This document shows, piece after piece, positions 11,552 to 21,925 of a DNA stretch of 64,000 nucleotides. The stretch spans positions 1 to 64,000 of the forward strand of contig CAVPJD010000002.1 in NCBI GenBank assembly GCA_963705165.1, read 5' to 3'. Numbering within the stretch: position 1 is the stretch's first letter; every line of letters begins with the position of its first letter. Source of the DNA: an uncultured delta proteobacterium (GTDB lineage: Bacteria; Desulfobacterota; Syntrophia; Syntrophales; UBA2192). The notes under the pieces were generated by a model. It was given only the letters and a program-made list of their open reading frames with translations. It had not been told where the DNA came from and searched no databases. A program made the position numbers and the translations under genes.

Positions 11552-12544
11552 ATGTCTCAAAAAAAGAAGATCCTTGTGACAGGAAGGCTTCCCGATGAAG
11601 TCATGGCGCAGCTTGACGCCGCCTGCGACATGGAGGCAAACCGGGAGGACCGGCCCATGGAGAGAGAGCAGGTCATGGAAAAAATCTCCGACAAGGAAGG
11701 GCTGCTTTCCATGATCACGGACCGCGTCGACGCGGAGCTCATGGACAGGGCGACCGGTCTCAAGATCATCTCCAACCTGGCCGTGGGAACCAACAACATC
11801 GACGTGGCGGCCGCCACGGCCCGGGGCATCGCCGTGACCAACACGCCGGGCGTGACGACGGAACCCACGGCGGATTTGACGCTCGGGCTGATCCTCGCCG
11901 TGGCCCGCAGGATCGTGGAAGAGGACCGGCTGACGCGGGAGGGGAAATTCCAGTACTGGGCGCCCATGCTCTTTCTAGGCCGGTCGGTCGCGGGAAAGAC
12001 CCTCGGGATCATCGGCTTCGGCGCAATCGGGCAGGCCGTGGCAAAAAGAGCTAGGGGGTTCGACATGCGGATGATGTATCACCAGAGACGGCGACTGGAC
12101 GAAGCCCTGGAGAGGGAGATGGGAATTGAGTACGCCGATTTCGGGCGGCTTCTCCGGGAGTCCGACTTCGTGAGCCTCCACGTTCCCCTGACGGACAAGA
12201 CCCGTTATCTCATTGGGGCGAAGGAGTTGCAGCAGATGAAGCCGACGGCCTTTCTCATCAATGCCTCGCGGGGACCCGTGGTAAATGAAAAGGAACTCGT
12301 GGAGGCGCTCCGGAAGGGGGTCATCGCCGGCGCCGGCCTCGATGTCTACGAGAACGAACCGGCGCTTACGCCAGGGTTAACGGAGCTGCCGAACGTGGTC
12401 CTGACCCCTCATGTGGGGAGCGGAACGATCGAGGATAGGACACTCATGGCCCGCATGGCAACCGAAAACCTCCTGGCCGGGCTGAAGGGCGAGGTCCCGC
12501 GCTACATCCTCAATCCCGACGTTTTCAAGGATCGGGAAAAGTGA
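11552..12544 (+). CDS. D-isomer-specific 2-hydroxyacid dehydrogenase (glyoxylate reductase / D-glycerate dehydrogenase-like)
   Basis: VTNTPG, GIIGFGAIG, INASRG, GLDVYENEP, TPHVGS. Likely start MSQKKK at 11552. Confidence 0.92.
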   Translation: MSQKKKILVTGRLPDEVMAQLDAACDMEANREDRPMEREQVMEKISDKEGLLSMITDRVDAELMDRATGLKIISNLAVGTNNIDVAAATARGIAVTNTPGVTTEPTADLTLGLILAVARRIVEEDRLTREGKFQYWAPMLFLGRSVAGKTLGIIGFGAIGQAVAKRARGFDMRMMYHQRRRLDEALEREMGIEYADFGRLLRESDFVSLHVPLTDKTRYLIGAKELQQMKPTAFLINASRGPVVNEKELVEALRKGVIAGAGLDVYENEPALTPGLTELPNVVLTPHVGSGTIEDRTLMARMATENLLAGLKGEVPRYILNPDVFKDREK

Positions 12545-12586
12545 AGCACCCCTTGAGAAAAACTGTTGAATAATCACGCAACCGAT

Positions 12587-12620
12587 GTTACAAGCAACAC
12601 TCTATCAGGTTACTTGTAAC
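12587..12620. promoter_or_regulatory. Pair of GTTAC-N2-GYAAC palindromic sites (putative operator)
   Basis: GTTACAAGCAAC at 12587-12598 and GTTACTTGTAAC at 12609-12620, directly upstream of the ORF at 12623. Confidence 0.5.
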
Positions 12621-12622
12621 GG

Positions 12623-13108
12623 GTGAAAGATATGAGAAAAGAGGCAGATAGAATTAAGCGGTGGCGGGAAAGGCAGAAAGCCGAAGGGAAAACCTCATTC
12701 ACCGTCCTGCTCTCCCAGGAGGCCAGGGAAATCATCACCGAGGAGAAGGAAAAAACAGGGGAGAGCTACGCCGTCATTGTCGAAAAGGCTCTTCAAACCT
12801 TGAAAAAGCAGGGCTACAGGCCACCTGTACTGAAGCATTTTTCCAATCGCGAGGAGGTCTTGGCCAGGGCAGCCACGAGGGAGCATCACCCACCGGTTAT
12901 CCCCGTTACAAGTCACGGAGAAGGTGCACAGCCCAGAGTACTGATTGACGATCTGGCCAACTACCCGAGCCTGGAGGACATCGAGCGCGAGCAGGCAGAG
13001 AAGGAACAGAACGTTATGTACGAGCTCAAATCCAACGAAGGACTCATCACCCGGCTGCTTCGCTCCTCGGCGGGACCCTTCGGCCGGAAGAAAAAGTGGT
13101 TTAAATAG
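12623..13108 (+). CDS. Hypothetical protein with possible N-terminal DNA-binding (RHH-like) region
   Basis: 161-aa ORF that fills the intergenic gap. Basic N-terminus RIKRWRERQKAEG followed by a strand-helix-helix-like pattern; basic/amphipathic C-terminus. Confidence 0.65.
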   Translation: MKDMRKEADRIKRWRERQKAEGKTSFTVLLSQEAREIITEEKEKTGESYAVIVEKALQTLKKQGYRPPVLKHFSNREEVLARAATREHHPPVIPVTSHGEGAQPRVLIDDLANYPSLEDIEREQAEKEQNVMYELKSNEGLITRLLRSSAGPFGRKKKWFK

Positions 13109-13181
13109 GGACTGGCTCGAGAGGCAGCTTCCCGGTCTTTTTTCTGTTGCTTGATGATTTCGATTTGAGCGTCAGAGTGAT

Positions 13182-13556
13182 TTACTTTTTTTGGTAAAAG
13201 CGGACATCCGGCAAACCGGAAAAATCCTCATCCTGGGTCCACACCGTCGCACCGTAAAGTCTCGCCGTCGCCAGGATGATGCTGTCAGCCATCGGGATTT
13301 TATTTTCCACACTGATCTTTGCCGCCTCAATGGCTATATCCGATGAAAGATCGACCACCCTTCCCTGCTGCATTACGGCAATGGCCCGAAGAGCCTGATC
13401 TTCATTCCGTTCACGAAGAATCACCTTGAAGACTTCAAAAAGAGTTATGCTGGGGACGATCAGATCTCCCGTTTTCTTCAGGGGGGCGACAAAATGTTCC
13501 GCATTCGGACCGTCAGCGAAGTACTCCAGCCATCCCGACGAATCAACGATGTTCAT
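13182..13556 (-). CDS. vapC: VapC-family PIN-domain toxin
   Basis: 124 aa. IVDSSGWLEY, E in ITLFEV, MADSII, WTQDEDF acidic PIN residues. Confidence 0.93.
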   Translation of the reverse strand: MNIVDSSGWLEYFADGPNAEHFVAPLKKTGDLIVPSITLFEVFKVILRERNEDQALRAIAVMQQGRVVDLSSDIAIEAAKISVENKIPMADSIILATARLYGATVWTQDEDFSGLPDVRFYQKK

Positions 13557-13768
13557 AGTCTGTCAGGCTCCCTCTCCCTATCGGTATGGATCCCCCGGAG
13601 ATAACCCCTCATCTTCCCGATGTCCTGCACCGGAATCAGTTCTATCCGATTTCCGTAAGCGATAACCTGAAATTGCTGGCCCGGCTTCAACTTAAGCTTC
13701 TCCCTGACTTTTTTGGGGATGACGATCTGATATTTCGTGGATACTTTCGTCGCCTCCATCGCCTTCAC
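13553..13768 (-). CDS. AbrB/MazE/SpoVT-family antitoxin
   Basis: 71 aa. KVSTKYQIVIPKKVREKLKLKPG. 4-nt overlap with the toxin gene. Confidence 0.92.
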   Translation of the reverse strand: MKAMEATKVSTKYQIVIPKKVREKLKLKPGQQFQVIAYGNRIELIPVQDIGKMRGYLRGIHTDREREPDRL

Positions 13769-13782
13769 CTCAATTTTTTCTT

Positions 13783-13830
13783 ACGATAATTTAATCGATA
13801 CAATCTGTCAATACGTTTTCCATATCGATA
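13783..13830 (-). promoter_or_regulatory. Sigma70-type promoter of the TA operon with ATCGAT palindromic operators
   Basis: Minus strand TTGACA (13811-13806), 17-nt spacer, TATCGT (13788-13783). ATCGAT palindromes at 13794-13799 and 13824-13829. Confidence 0.6.
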
Positions 13831-13954
13831 ATAATTATAAAAGATTTCGTCCCCTGGCGGATGGGCTCGCGCCTTTCAAGCAACTCGCAGTTGAAAATAC
13901 GGCCGGATTGAAGTATTTCAACGCTAGACCGCAAACAATCAAAGGACATCTCTC

Positions 13955-15527
13955 ATGTCGACCCACCCGAATCTCGTCGAAGCCATGTCGAAGCCCGATT
14001 TCTACCCCCATCGGCCCCCGACTGTGGAACTCGTTCAGACGCACATCTCCTTTGTCTTCATCGCCGGGGATCTCGTCTACAAGGTGAAGAAGTCCGTAGA
14101 TTTCGGATTTCTCGACTTCACGACGCTGGCGAAGAGAAAGGTTTTCTGCGAAGAGGAGCTGCGGCTCAACCGGCGGCTGGCGCCTCAAACCTATCTCGAG
14201 GTTGCCGCCATCGGGGAAGACGAGGGAGGGGCCCTGCGGCCCGGAGGCGGGCGCCCCGTCGAGTATGCCGTCGTGATGAAAAAGCTGCCCCTGGAGCGAA
14301 TGCTCAAGAAGCTCCTCGCTGAGGGAAAAGTGGGTCCCGCGGACATGGACGCCGTCGCCGGGAAAGTGGCCGATTTCCACCGCAAGGCCGAGACGGGGGG
14401 CGAGATCGACGAACTCGGCGGGATCAGAGGCCATCCGGTACAACCACGACGAGAACTTCGCGCAGACTGAAAAGTACATCGGCCTCACGATCCCCCGGGA
14501 GCGCTACGATTTCCTGCGGGCCTGGGTGAACCGGTTCCTGGAGCGCGAGCGGCCGCTGCTTCAGAGGCGCGTGCGCGACCACCGGATCCGGGACTGCCAC
14601 GGAGACCTCCACGCCGAGCACATCTGCCTGGCCGACGGGATCATCATCTTCGACTGCATCGAGTTCAACAAGCGCTTCCGTTACGGCGACGTGGCGGCCG
14701 AGGCGGCCTTCCTCGCCATGGACCTGGATTACAACGGTTACGCCGACCACGCCCGAGCCTTCGTTGAGGCCTACGTGCGCCACTCCGGGGACGGGGAGGT
14801 CCTGCGCCTTCTCGATTTCTACCGCTGCTACTATGCCTACGTGCGCGGAAAGGTGATCAGCTTCCGCGTCGACGATCCGCACATCGGATGCGCGGACCGG
14901 GATGCCGCCGCCCGGATGGCGGCATGCTATTTCGATCTCGCCCTGTCCTACGCGGCGCGGCCCGCAAACAAAACGCTCATCCTCGTGGCGGGTCTCATGG
15001 GGACGGGCAAGAGCGTGATGGCCCGGGTCCTTGCCCCCCTGGTCGGCGCTCAGATCATCCAGACGGATGCCGTCCGGAAGGAGATGCTCCGGATTCCCGC
15101 CTCCGAGCATCACTATGAGGAGTTCGGCCAGGGGATCTATTCACCCGATACTTCGCGCAGGACATACGAAAAGGCCCTCGAGATCGCACTGGACAAACTC
15201 AAGACGGCGGGCGCCGTCATCATCGATGCCTCGTACAAAGACAGGGAGGAGCGATTGCGGGCCTTGGAGGCCGGGCGGCGGGCCGGCGCCGACGTGTTTG
15301 TCCTCGAGTGCACCTGTCCCGAAGATATCATCGAAAAACGGTTGCAATCGAGGCAGTCCGGGGGCGGGGACGTTTCAGACGGGCGGTGGGAGATCTTTCA
15401 GGCGCAGAAAGGAAATTACGAGAGGATCGACGAGATTCCCGAGGAACGTCATCTTGCCGTGGACACGTCGCTTGCGGCGGAAGAAAACGCCTTCAGGGTT
15501 TTGAAAAGGATGTTTGGGCTGGGGTGA
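13955..15527 (+). pseudogene. Bifunctional aminoglycoside-phosphotransferase-like / P-loop kinase (AAA_33-like) protein, frameshifted
   Basis: N-part has QTHIS and VYKVKK; C-part has DCHGDLH, FDCIEFN and GLMGTGKS. One extra A near 14426 (GGG ATC A GAG GCC ATC) breaks the frame. Possibly a sequencing error. Confidence 0.85.
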
Positions 15528-15528
15528 G

Positions 15529-16299
15529 CTACTTCTTGCCTTCCTGCGCTTTTGGGGCTTCCTTTGCCTCTTTGGCTTTCCAGGCCTCCTCGGCCTTTTG
15601 CGCCCCTTTCGCCTTTCGGGCCTCTTCTTCCTTCATCCGCTGTTTCGTTTCCTCGATGAAGCGGGTGGTCTTGTAATCAATCCCCATGTTGGCGTAATCC
15701 CGCTGGATCCCCTCGAAGCGCTTCAGCGCCGCTTCGTACTTCTTGGTTCGATAATAGAACTCGCCGACATAGAACTCGTGTTCGGCCAGGCGCTGCTTCA
15801 CCTCGCGAAGATTCTTCTCCGCCATGATGGCGAACTTGCTCTGGGGAAAGCGGGCCATGAGACGCTCGAATTCCTTGCGGGCCTTCACGGTCTCGGTCTG
15901 GTCCCGGTCGATCGTCTGCATCTGCTGGTAATGGCACATCCCGAGCTGGAACATGGCATAGGGGACATTCGGGTTCGTGGGGTGAAGGTCGACAAAGCTG
16001 TTGTAGGCGACCTCGGCATCGATGTACTGTTCGTTCTCGAAGTAGGAATCGGCAATGCCCAGCTCCGCCATCAGGGCAATGGGATTCAGGGGGTATTCAT
16101 CCCGTACGCGGGAGAAGGTCTCGATCGCCTTCTTGTAGTCGCCCTTCTTGTACTGCTCGAAGCCCTTCTGGTAGATCCCCTCCGGCGTCTGGCGCACCCG
16201 GGGTTCCTTCCCCCAGATGCCGTCCCACCAGGCACAGCCGGTGAGCGACGCAAGAAGGGTTACAAGGATGGCTGCCGTCAGCAGGCGCCTGTTCATCAT
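15529..16299 (-). CDS. bamD: Outer membrane protein assembly lipoprotein BamD
   Basis: Lipobox LTGC, TPR-like helices, DLHPTNPNVPYA, DRDQT, LAEHEFYVGEFY. Confidence 0.92.
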   Translation of the reverse strand: MMNRRLLTAAILVTLLASLTGCAWWDGIWGKEPRVRQTPEGIYQKGFEQYKKGDYKKAIETFSRVRDEYPLNPIALMAELGIADSYFENEQYIDAEVAYNSFVDLHPTNPNVPYAMFQLGMCHYQQMQTIDRDQTETVKARKEFERLMARFPQSKFAIMAEKNLREVKQRLAEHEFYVGEFYYRTKKYEAALKRFEGIQRDYANMGIDYKTTRFIEETKQRMKEEEARKAKGAQKAEEAWKAKEAKEAPKAQEGKK

Positions 16300-16402
16300 G
16301 CTATTTCCGGTGTTCTCTGTTTTCATGCTTTTCGCCGAAAGGCCCCCGGGCAAAATAAAATGGAGGCCCGCCTGTGAAACAGGGGCCTCCATGTACTGTT
16401 TT

Positions 16403-16732
16403 TTACAGGGCCTTGTCCATCAATTCTTTCAGCCGCTCCTTGGGCACAAGGCCGATGAGCTTGTCCAGGACCTTGCCGTCCTTGAAGAGGATCATGGTGG
16501 GGATGCTCATCACCCCGTGGTTGCCCGCCAGTTTCCGGTTTTCATCGACGTTCACCTTGGCCACGGTGAGCCTGCCTTTGTATTCTTCGGCAAGTTCTTC
16601 GAGCAGCGGGGCGATGGCCCGGCAGGGCCCGCACCAGGGCGCCCAGAAATCGACCAGGGCAGGCTTGTCGGACTTCAGGATCTCGGCGTCAAACGTCCCT
16701 TCGTTGACATGGACTATGGCTTCTCCGCTCAT
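16403..16732 (-). CDS. trxA: Thioredoxin
   Basis: 109 aa. DFWAPWCGPC, SIPT. Confidence 0.97.
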   Translation of the reverse strand: MSGEAIVHVNEGTFDAEILKSDKPALVDFWAPWCGPCRAIAPLLEELAEEYKGRLTVAKVNVDENRKLAGNHGVMSIPTMILFKDGKVLDKLIGLVPKERLKELMDKAL

Positions 16733-16986
16733 GGGCTTACCCCCTTGTCTTTATGTTCAAAAATATGCCACCAATAACCGGCGAAGTCAAGCCTCCTGCA
16801 AGGCAAAGCCGGGCTTGCCGGTACCATGGCAGGCACAAGCGGAAAGGGGCGCGTCCACCCGGACACGAAGGTTTTGACAGGCCCCGCCGATTCTGATACA
16901 TGCAAACAGGCGTAAGGCTAAAGGCGAAAGGCAAAAGGGAATAAAACGACAGTGCCATAAGCCATTCGCCATTACTTGAGGTACTC

Positions 16987-17697
16987 ATGGCGCCCATCGG
17001 CATCATCTCGGGAACGGTTCTGCACGGGGCAAGCGTCTTCAAGGGCCTGAGAAAAGAACACGTGGTCAACGAGTTCGGGCGAGTGACCGTCTGGGTCTCC
17101 AGGGAGATTGCCCACATTTCCCGCCATGACCGCGACCCCGGCGACTACGTCCTGCCCCACCTCATCAACCATCAGGCCAATCTAACGGCCCTGAAGGCCC
17201 TCGGCATCCGGGACGTTGTCGCCGTCAACTCGACGGGGTCCCTGAAGAAGGACCTGCCCCCGGGTTCCATCGTCGTGCCCGACGATTTCATCCTGCTTAC
17301 CGACACGCCCACGGTCTTCACGAACCAGCCCGTCCACATCACGCCCGATCTGTCCGGCGAGGTGCGACAGCGGCTCATCGAGGCGGCCGGTGCCTGCGGC
17401 ATCCCCGTCGTCGGGCGGGGCACCTACTGGCAGACGGAGGGACCGCGGCTGGAGACGAGGGCGGAAATCCGCATGATGGGCCCGTTTGCCGACATCGTGG
17501 GGATGACCATGGCCGCCGAGGCGATCATTGCGAAGGAGTTGGGGCTCTCCTACGCGGCCCTGTGCTCGGTCGACAATTACTGCAACGGGGTTGTGGAGAC
17601 ACCCCTCACCATGGAGATGATCATCGAGGGCGCGAAAAAGAACCGGGAAACCATGATGACAATCGTCAGCACGTTCATCGAAAGGAGCCAGGCATGA
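16987..17697 (+). CDS. Purine nucleoside / methylthioadenosine phosphorylase family protein
   Basis: PHLINHQAN, STGSL, EGPRLETRAE, VGMT, SVDNY. Confidence 0.9.
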   Translation: MAPIGIISGTVLHGASVFKGLRKEHVVNEFGRVTVWVSREIAHISRHDRDPGDYVLPHLINHQANLTALKALGIRDVVAVNSTGSLKKDLPPGSIVVPDDFILLTDTPTVFTNQPVHITPDLSGEVRQRLIEAAGACGIPVVGRGTYWQTEGPRLETRAEIRMMGPFADIVGMTMAAEAIIAKELGLSYAALCSVDNYCNGVVETPLTMEMIIEGAKKNRETMMTIVSTFIERSQA

Positions 17698-18209
17698 AGT
17701 TCTCAAAGAAGGGCGACACGGGGGAAACCAGTCTTCTGGGCGGGCAGCGGGTCCCCAAGTTCGATCCCAGGCCGGAGGCCTACGGGACACTGGACGAGGC
17801 CAGTTCCGTCCTCGGGGTGGCCAGGGGAATGACGGGCAACGGCAGGATCAAGGACATCATCCTGCAGGTCCAGAAAGACCTCCTCATCATGGGGGCCGAG
17901 ATGTCGACCCTTCCCGAGGACATGGGCAAGCTCACCCAGAGGATCGGGGCCGCCGACGTGGACCGCGTCGAAGACCTCATCGACAAGCTGCAGGAGGAGG
18001 TCCCCTTCCCGCGCGAGTTCATCTACCCGGGAAAGAATGCCGTCTCCGCACAAATCGACGTGGGCCGCACCGTCATCCGCAGGGCCGAGCGCCGGGCGGC
18101 GGATCTCAAGCAGAAGGGGCTCTTGAACAGCGCCGAGATCCATCAGTACCTGAACCGGCTCGCCGACATGCTGTTCACATTGGCCCGCTACGCGGAAGAG
18201 AAAGGCTGA
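17694..18209 (+). CDS. PduO-type cob(I)alamin adenosyltransferase
   Basis: SKKGDTGETSL, AYGTLDE, RTVIRRAER, YLNRLAD. ATGA overlap with the upstream gene. Confidence 0.92.
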   Translation: MKFSKKGDTGETSLLGGQRVPKFDPRPEAYGTLDEASSVLGVARGMTGNGRIKDIILQVQKDLLIMGAEMSTLPEDMGKLTQRIGAADVDRVEDLIDKLQEEVPFPREFIYPGKNAVSAQIDVGRTVIRRAERRAADLKQKGLLNSAEIHQYLNRLADMLFTLARYAEEKG

Positions 18210-18243
18210 CAGGAAGAAGCGTGTCGCGTGTAGCGTATAGCGT

Positions 18244-18270
18244 GTGGGACGGGCGTCCCGCCCGTCAACC
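18244..18270 (+). repeat. GTGG-foot REP-like palindrome
   Basis: GTGGGACGGGCGTCCCGCCCGTCAACC, with a near-identical copy at 25391-25417. Confidence 0.7.
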
Positions 18271-18288
18271 TCAAGCGCGGATTTGTTC

Positions 18289-18909
18289 ATGAGAATCATC
18301 AAGACCGGGGCCATCGCGCTGGCGGTGGTCCTGGCTGCCTATTTCGGCTACCGTCACTTCCTCTATCAACCGCCGATCAAGAACCCCCGGCCGGCAGGCG
18401 AGAACATCGTCTGCTTCGGCGACAGCCTCACCTATGGCACCGGCGCATCACAGGGGATGGATTACCCCTCCCAACTATCCCGCCTCATCGGAAAACCCGT
18501 CATCAACGCCGGCATCCCCGGCGACACTACGGCCACGGCCCTGTCGAGACTCGATCGGGACGTCCTCGGCCGCTCCCCGCGCATCGTCCTCATCACCCTC
18601 GGCGGAAACGACCTGAAGAACCGCCAGGACCGCGACCGGGCCTTCCGGAATCTCAAGACGATCATCACCTCCATACAGGATCGGGGGGCTCTGGTCATCG
18701 TGGGAGGGCTCGACGTCCCGATCTGGGGGGGAGGTTTTCAGGAACGCTACAGAAAGATATGCGAAGAGACGGGGGCCGTGCTGGTGCCTGATATCCTGAA
18801 GGGCCTGCTCGGAAACCCGGAAAAGATGAGCGACTCCATCCACCCCAACGACACGGGCTACGGCGTCATGGCAGGGTATTTTTACGAGGCGATGAAGAAG
18901 TACCTCTGA
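18289..18909 (+). CDS. GDSL/SGNH arylesterase with N-terminal membrane anchor
   Basis: [29 protein letters not shown]. Confidence 0.92.
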   Translation: MRIIKTGAIALAVVLAAYFGYRHFLYQPPIKNPRPAGENIVCFGDSLTYGTGASQGMDYPSQLSRLIGKPVINAGIPGDTTATALSRLDRDVLGRSPRIVLITLGGNDLKNRQDRDRAFRNLKTIITSIQDRGALVIVGGLDVPIWGGGFQERYRKICEETGAVLVPDILKGLLGNPEKMSDSIHPNDTGYGVMAGYFYEAMKKYL

Positions 18910-18974
18910 AAACAGGGTCCAGCGTAAAGGGGCAAGGGTTGAGGGTAGAGGGAAAAACGGCAACGCAAAACGCT

Positions 18975-19255
18975 CCAGATGCAAGGCGCCCGACATCCCG
19001 AGGAGCGAGGCCTCTGGCAGCCCAAATCCTTAGTCTTCATCTCCCCTGGCGGGAGAGGATTGAGGTGAGGGGGCCCTTCGACAAGCTCAGGATGACAGTT
19101 CTGTTCGCCATGGTGAGCAGTCATCGTGAGCCTGACGAACGACGAACCATCACCCTCACCCTGACCCTCTCCCCTCAAGGGAGAGGGAAATCAAGGAAAC
19201 GTTTTCACAGGTTGAGTGACGAGGGACGAGGGCAACGCAGCAGATGGGGTGTTTT
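18975..19255. repeat. Nested palindromic repeat cluster
   Basis: IR pair 19038-19072 / 19152-19187 encloses a second IR pair 19076-19096 / 19120-19140. No credible ORF. Confidence 0.7.
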
Positions 19256-19264
19256 CCGTTGCCG

Positions 19265-19699
19265 TCAGAACGCGCCGAGTTGGCAGGCGCTTACCCTGAT
19301 CTTCAGCTTTTCGCAGGCTGCGGAAACACGGATCTTGGCGAGTTTGAACTTGCCGGCAATCCGGAAAATTTCGGCACAGGGCAGCCGCCCGTCGGTCATG
19401 GCAATGCGGAGGGCCGCCTCCAGCTCCTCGGATACGGATTGTGCCGGCGGGACAATCTTCCTCACGGGGGAATAACCGAAAAGGCCAAGTTGGCACTTCA
19501 CGATGTTGATCTCGAGGAGATCCATCGCCTTTCCGACTTCTCCAGGACGAACCGCGAGTTCACCGGCGATTTTGAAGGCAAGCGGACAGGTCAAGGCCCC
19601 CTGGCGGGATCGCTTCTTCACCGCTTCGGTAATTTCCTTTGCCACAACAACCCCGCCCGGATGCTTCGACCCGTAATGTCCTTTGTCTTTACGCGCCAT
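19265..19699 (-). CDS. Conserved hypothetical protein with duplicated C...CQLGxF module
   Basis: 144 aa with two internal repeats ending CQLGLF and CQLGAF. Confidence 0.8.
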   Translation of the reverse strand: MARKDKGHYGSKHPGGVVVAKEITEAVKKRSRQGALTCPLAFKIAGELAVRPGEVGKAMDLLEINIVKCQLGLFGYSPVRKIVPPAQSVSEELEAALRIAMTDGRLPCAEIFRIAGKFKLAKIRVSAACEKLKIRVSACQLGAF

Positions 19700-19852
19700 T
19701 ATCTGGTCCTTCTCGTCTATTTAGTCTGTTTCGTCAGCTCGTCCTTCGGCGGCGCAAATGGGAAATCTGGGAACTTGCGGAATTGGCGTATCGGGACAAT
19801 CTGAATCCGAAATGTGAACTCCTTCCTGTCCCTACACCCTAGACCCTGGTCC

Positions 19853-20309
19853 CTAGTACTTAACGTAGTGAAACGGCTCCACCGATGAGAGGGCCTCGTC
19901 GTCGAGCGTCTTGAAGCCCGCCTTGTCGATCAGCTTCTGGGCCCTCGCGATGTCGTCCACCTCGACGACGAAGATCGCCGTCTTCCAGCTGTCGAGCACG
20001 AACCCGTAGGCGTTGTTGACGTTGATGCCCTCCTTGAAGAGCATCTGCGTGAGCCTGTCGAGCCCGCCCGGCTTGTCCTCGATGATGACGGCGATGACCT
20101 CCTTGGTCGTCACCATCATCCCGTCCTTCTTGATCGCCTTGATGGCCTTCTGGGGGTCGTCGACGATGAGGTTGATGACGCCGAAGGTGGCCGTCGTGGC
20201 GATCGTCGTCGCGCGGATGTTCACCTTTCTCCTTGCCCAGGATCCGGGTGAGCCTTGCCAGCTGCCCGGGCTTGTTCTCTGCAAAAACGGAGATCTGATG
20301 CACGATCAT
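19853..20309 (-). pseudogene. ACT-domain protein (paaK-associated), frameshifted
   Basis: N-terminus QISVFAENKPGQLA in one frame and VNIRA...EDKPGGL in another. One extra base in an A/G run near 20225. Possibly a sequencing error. Confidence 0.88.
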
Positions 20310-20481
20310 TTTGCACCTCTCTTGTACTTGAAACGCCTGCTGGTGATCACGTCATTCACCAGGCGGTTACTGGTTCTGGTCACTCGCCACCGGTGCAGGC
20401 CGCAGGCTACAGGCTACAGGCTTTAAACGTCCTGCCTGTTTTAGCCTGTTGCCTGTCGCCTGAAGCCTGCCGCGGAGCGGC

Positions 20482-21780
20482 TCAATCCTTCCGGTTGTCA
20501 ATCACCCTGACCGCCTTCCCCTCCGTCTTGGGCAGGCTCCCCGGCTCGACGAGCTCGACCTTCGGCGTGATGAGGATGTCGCCCTTGAGCTCGTCCGTGA
20601 TCCGGCGCTGGAGCTTCTGCAGCTTCAGCAGGTCGCCGTCGAAAAATTCACTGGCGACCTCGACCTTCACGATCATCTCGTCGTTGAACCCCTTGCGCTC
20701 CAGGATGATCTGGAAGTTCGTCCCCACGCCCGGGACGTCCATGAGCTTCTTCTCGATCTGGATCGGGAAGATGTTGACCCCCTTGAGGATCATCATGTCG
20801 TCGGTGCGGCCCTTGATCCGCTCGATGCGCCGGTGGGTCCTGCCGCACTCGCAGGGGCCGGGGATGATCCGGGTGAGGTCCTTCGTGCGGTAACGGATGA
20901 CCGGCATCCCCTCGCGCAAAAGCGTCGTCATGACGAGTTCGCCCTCCTCGCCGTCCGGGACGGACTTGAGGGTCTTCGGGTCGATGATCTCGACGAGGAA
21001 GTTGTCCTCCCAGATGTGCAGGCCGTTCTGGCAGGGGCACTCGAAGGCCACCCCCGGCCCGTTCATCTCGGAGAGGCCATAGGAGTTGAAGGCCTTGTAT
21101 CCGTAGAATTCCTCGATCTTCCTGCGGCTCTTCTCCGAGTGCGGCTCGGCACCGATAAAGGCGATCCGCACCTTCGTGTCCTTCCGCGGATCGACCTTGA
21201 GCTCCTCGAACGTGGAGTAAAGATGCAGGGCGTAGCTGGGGATGATGTGAATGACCGTCGTCTCGAAATCCTGCATGAGCTGGATCTGGCGCTTGCTGTT
21301 CCCGGCTCCCGCCGGAATGACGAGGCACCCGATCTTCTCGGCCCCGTAGTGGAAACCCAGGCCCCCCGTAAAGAGCCCGTAGGTCATCATGTTCTGGAAG
21401 ACGTCGGACTTCCGCACGCCCGTCATGTACATGCAGCGTGCCACGAGGTTCGTCCAGGCATCCAGATCGCCGGCCGTGTGGAAGATGACCGTCGCCCTGC
21501 CCGTCGTGCCCGACGAGGAGTGCATGCGCACCAGCTCTTCCCTCGGAACGGCCAGGAACCCGTAGGGCCAGTTTTCCCGGAGGTCGTCCTTCGTCGTCAG
21601 GGGAAGATTGGGTACGTCGGCCAGCGATTTGAAATCGTCGGGGTTGAACCCTTTCTCCTTGTATACCTTGCCGTAGTGATAGGAATTCGCGGCCTTCTTG
21701 AGGGTTGCTTTCAGCCGCTCGACCTGGATCGCCTCCAGCTTCTCCCGCGGCATGGTCTCAACGTCTTTTTCCCAGTACAT
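20482..21780 (-). CDS. paaK: Phenylacetate-CoA ligase family protein
   Basis: HSSSGTTG, YGLFTGGLG, GAEP, YGLSEMNGPG, RYRTKD, GRTDDM, EGKAVR. Start MYWEK at 21780. Confidence 0.92.
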   Translation of the reverse strand: MYWEKDVETMPREKLEAIQVERLKATLKKAANSYHYGKVYKEKGFNPDDFKSLADVPNLPLTTKDDLRENWPYGFLAVPREELVRMHSSSGTTGRATVIFHTAGDLDAWTNLVARCMYMTGVRKSDVFQNMMTYGLFTGGLGFHYGAEKIGCLVIPAGAGNSKRQIQLMQDFETTVIHIIPSYALHLYSTFEELKVDPRKDTKVRIAFIGAEPHSEKSRRKIEEFYGYKAFNSYGLSEMNGPGVAFECPCQNGLHIWEDNFLVEIIDPKTLKSVPDGEEGELVMTTLLREGMPVIRYRTKDLTRIIPGPCECGRTHRRIERIKGRTDDMMILKGVNIFPIQIEKKLMDVPGVGTNFQIILERKGFNDEMIVKVEVASEFFDGDLLKLQKLQRRITDELKGDILITPKVELVEPGSLPKTEGKAVRVIDNRKD

Positions 21781-21925
21781 GACTCCGAATCCTCCGTGGC
21801 TGATGGATGCGGTTTTACCCCTCCTGCGGAATTTTATCAAGCCCTATCTGCGGCCAATCCGAGGGCTTGCGGAATGACAAACAGCTCCGATATAGTTAAC
21901 AATAATGTAAATGGTCGCACACAGG

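Noticed and set aside
14400..20240. Programmed frameshifting at the breaks near 14426 and 20225
   Set aside because: No convincing slippery heptamer with a downstream structure is visible, and single-base insertion errors are the simpler explanation.
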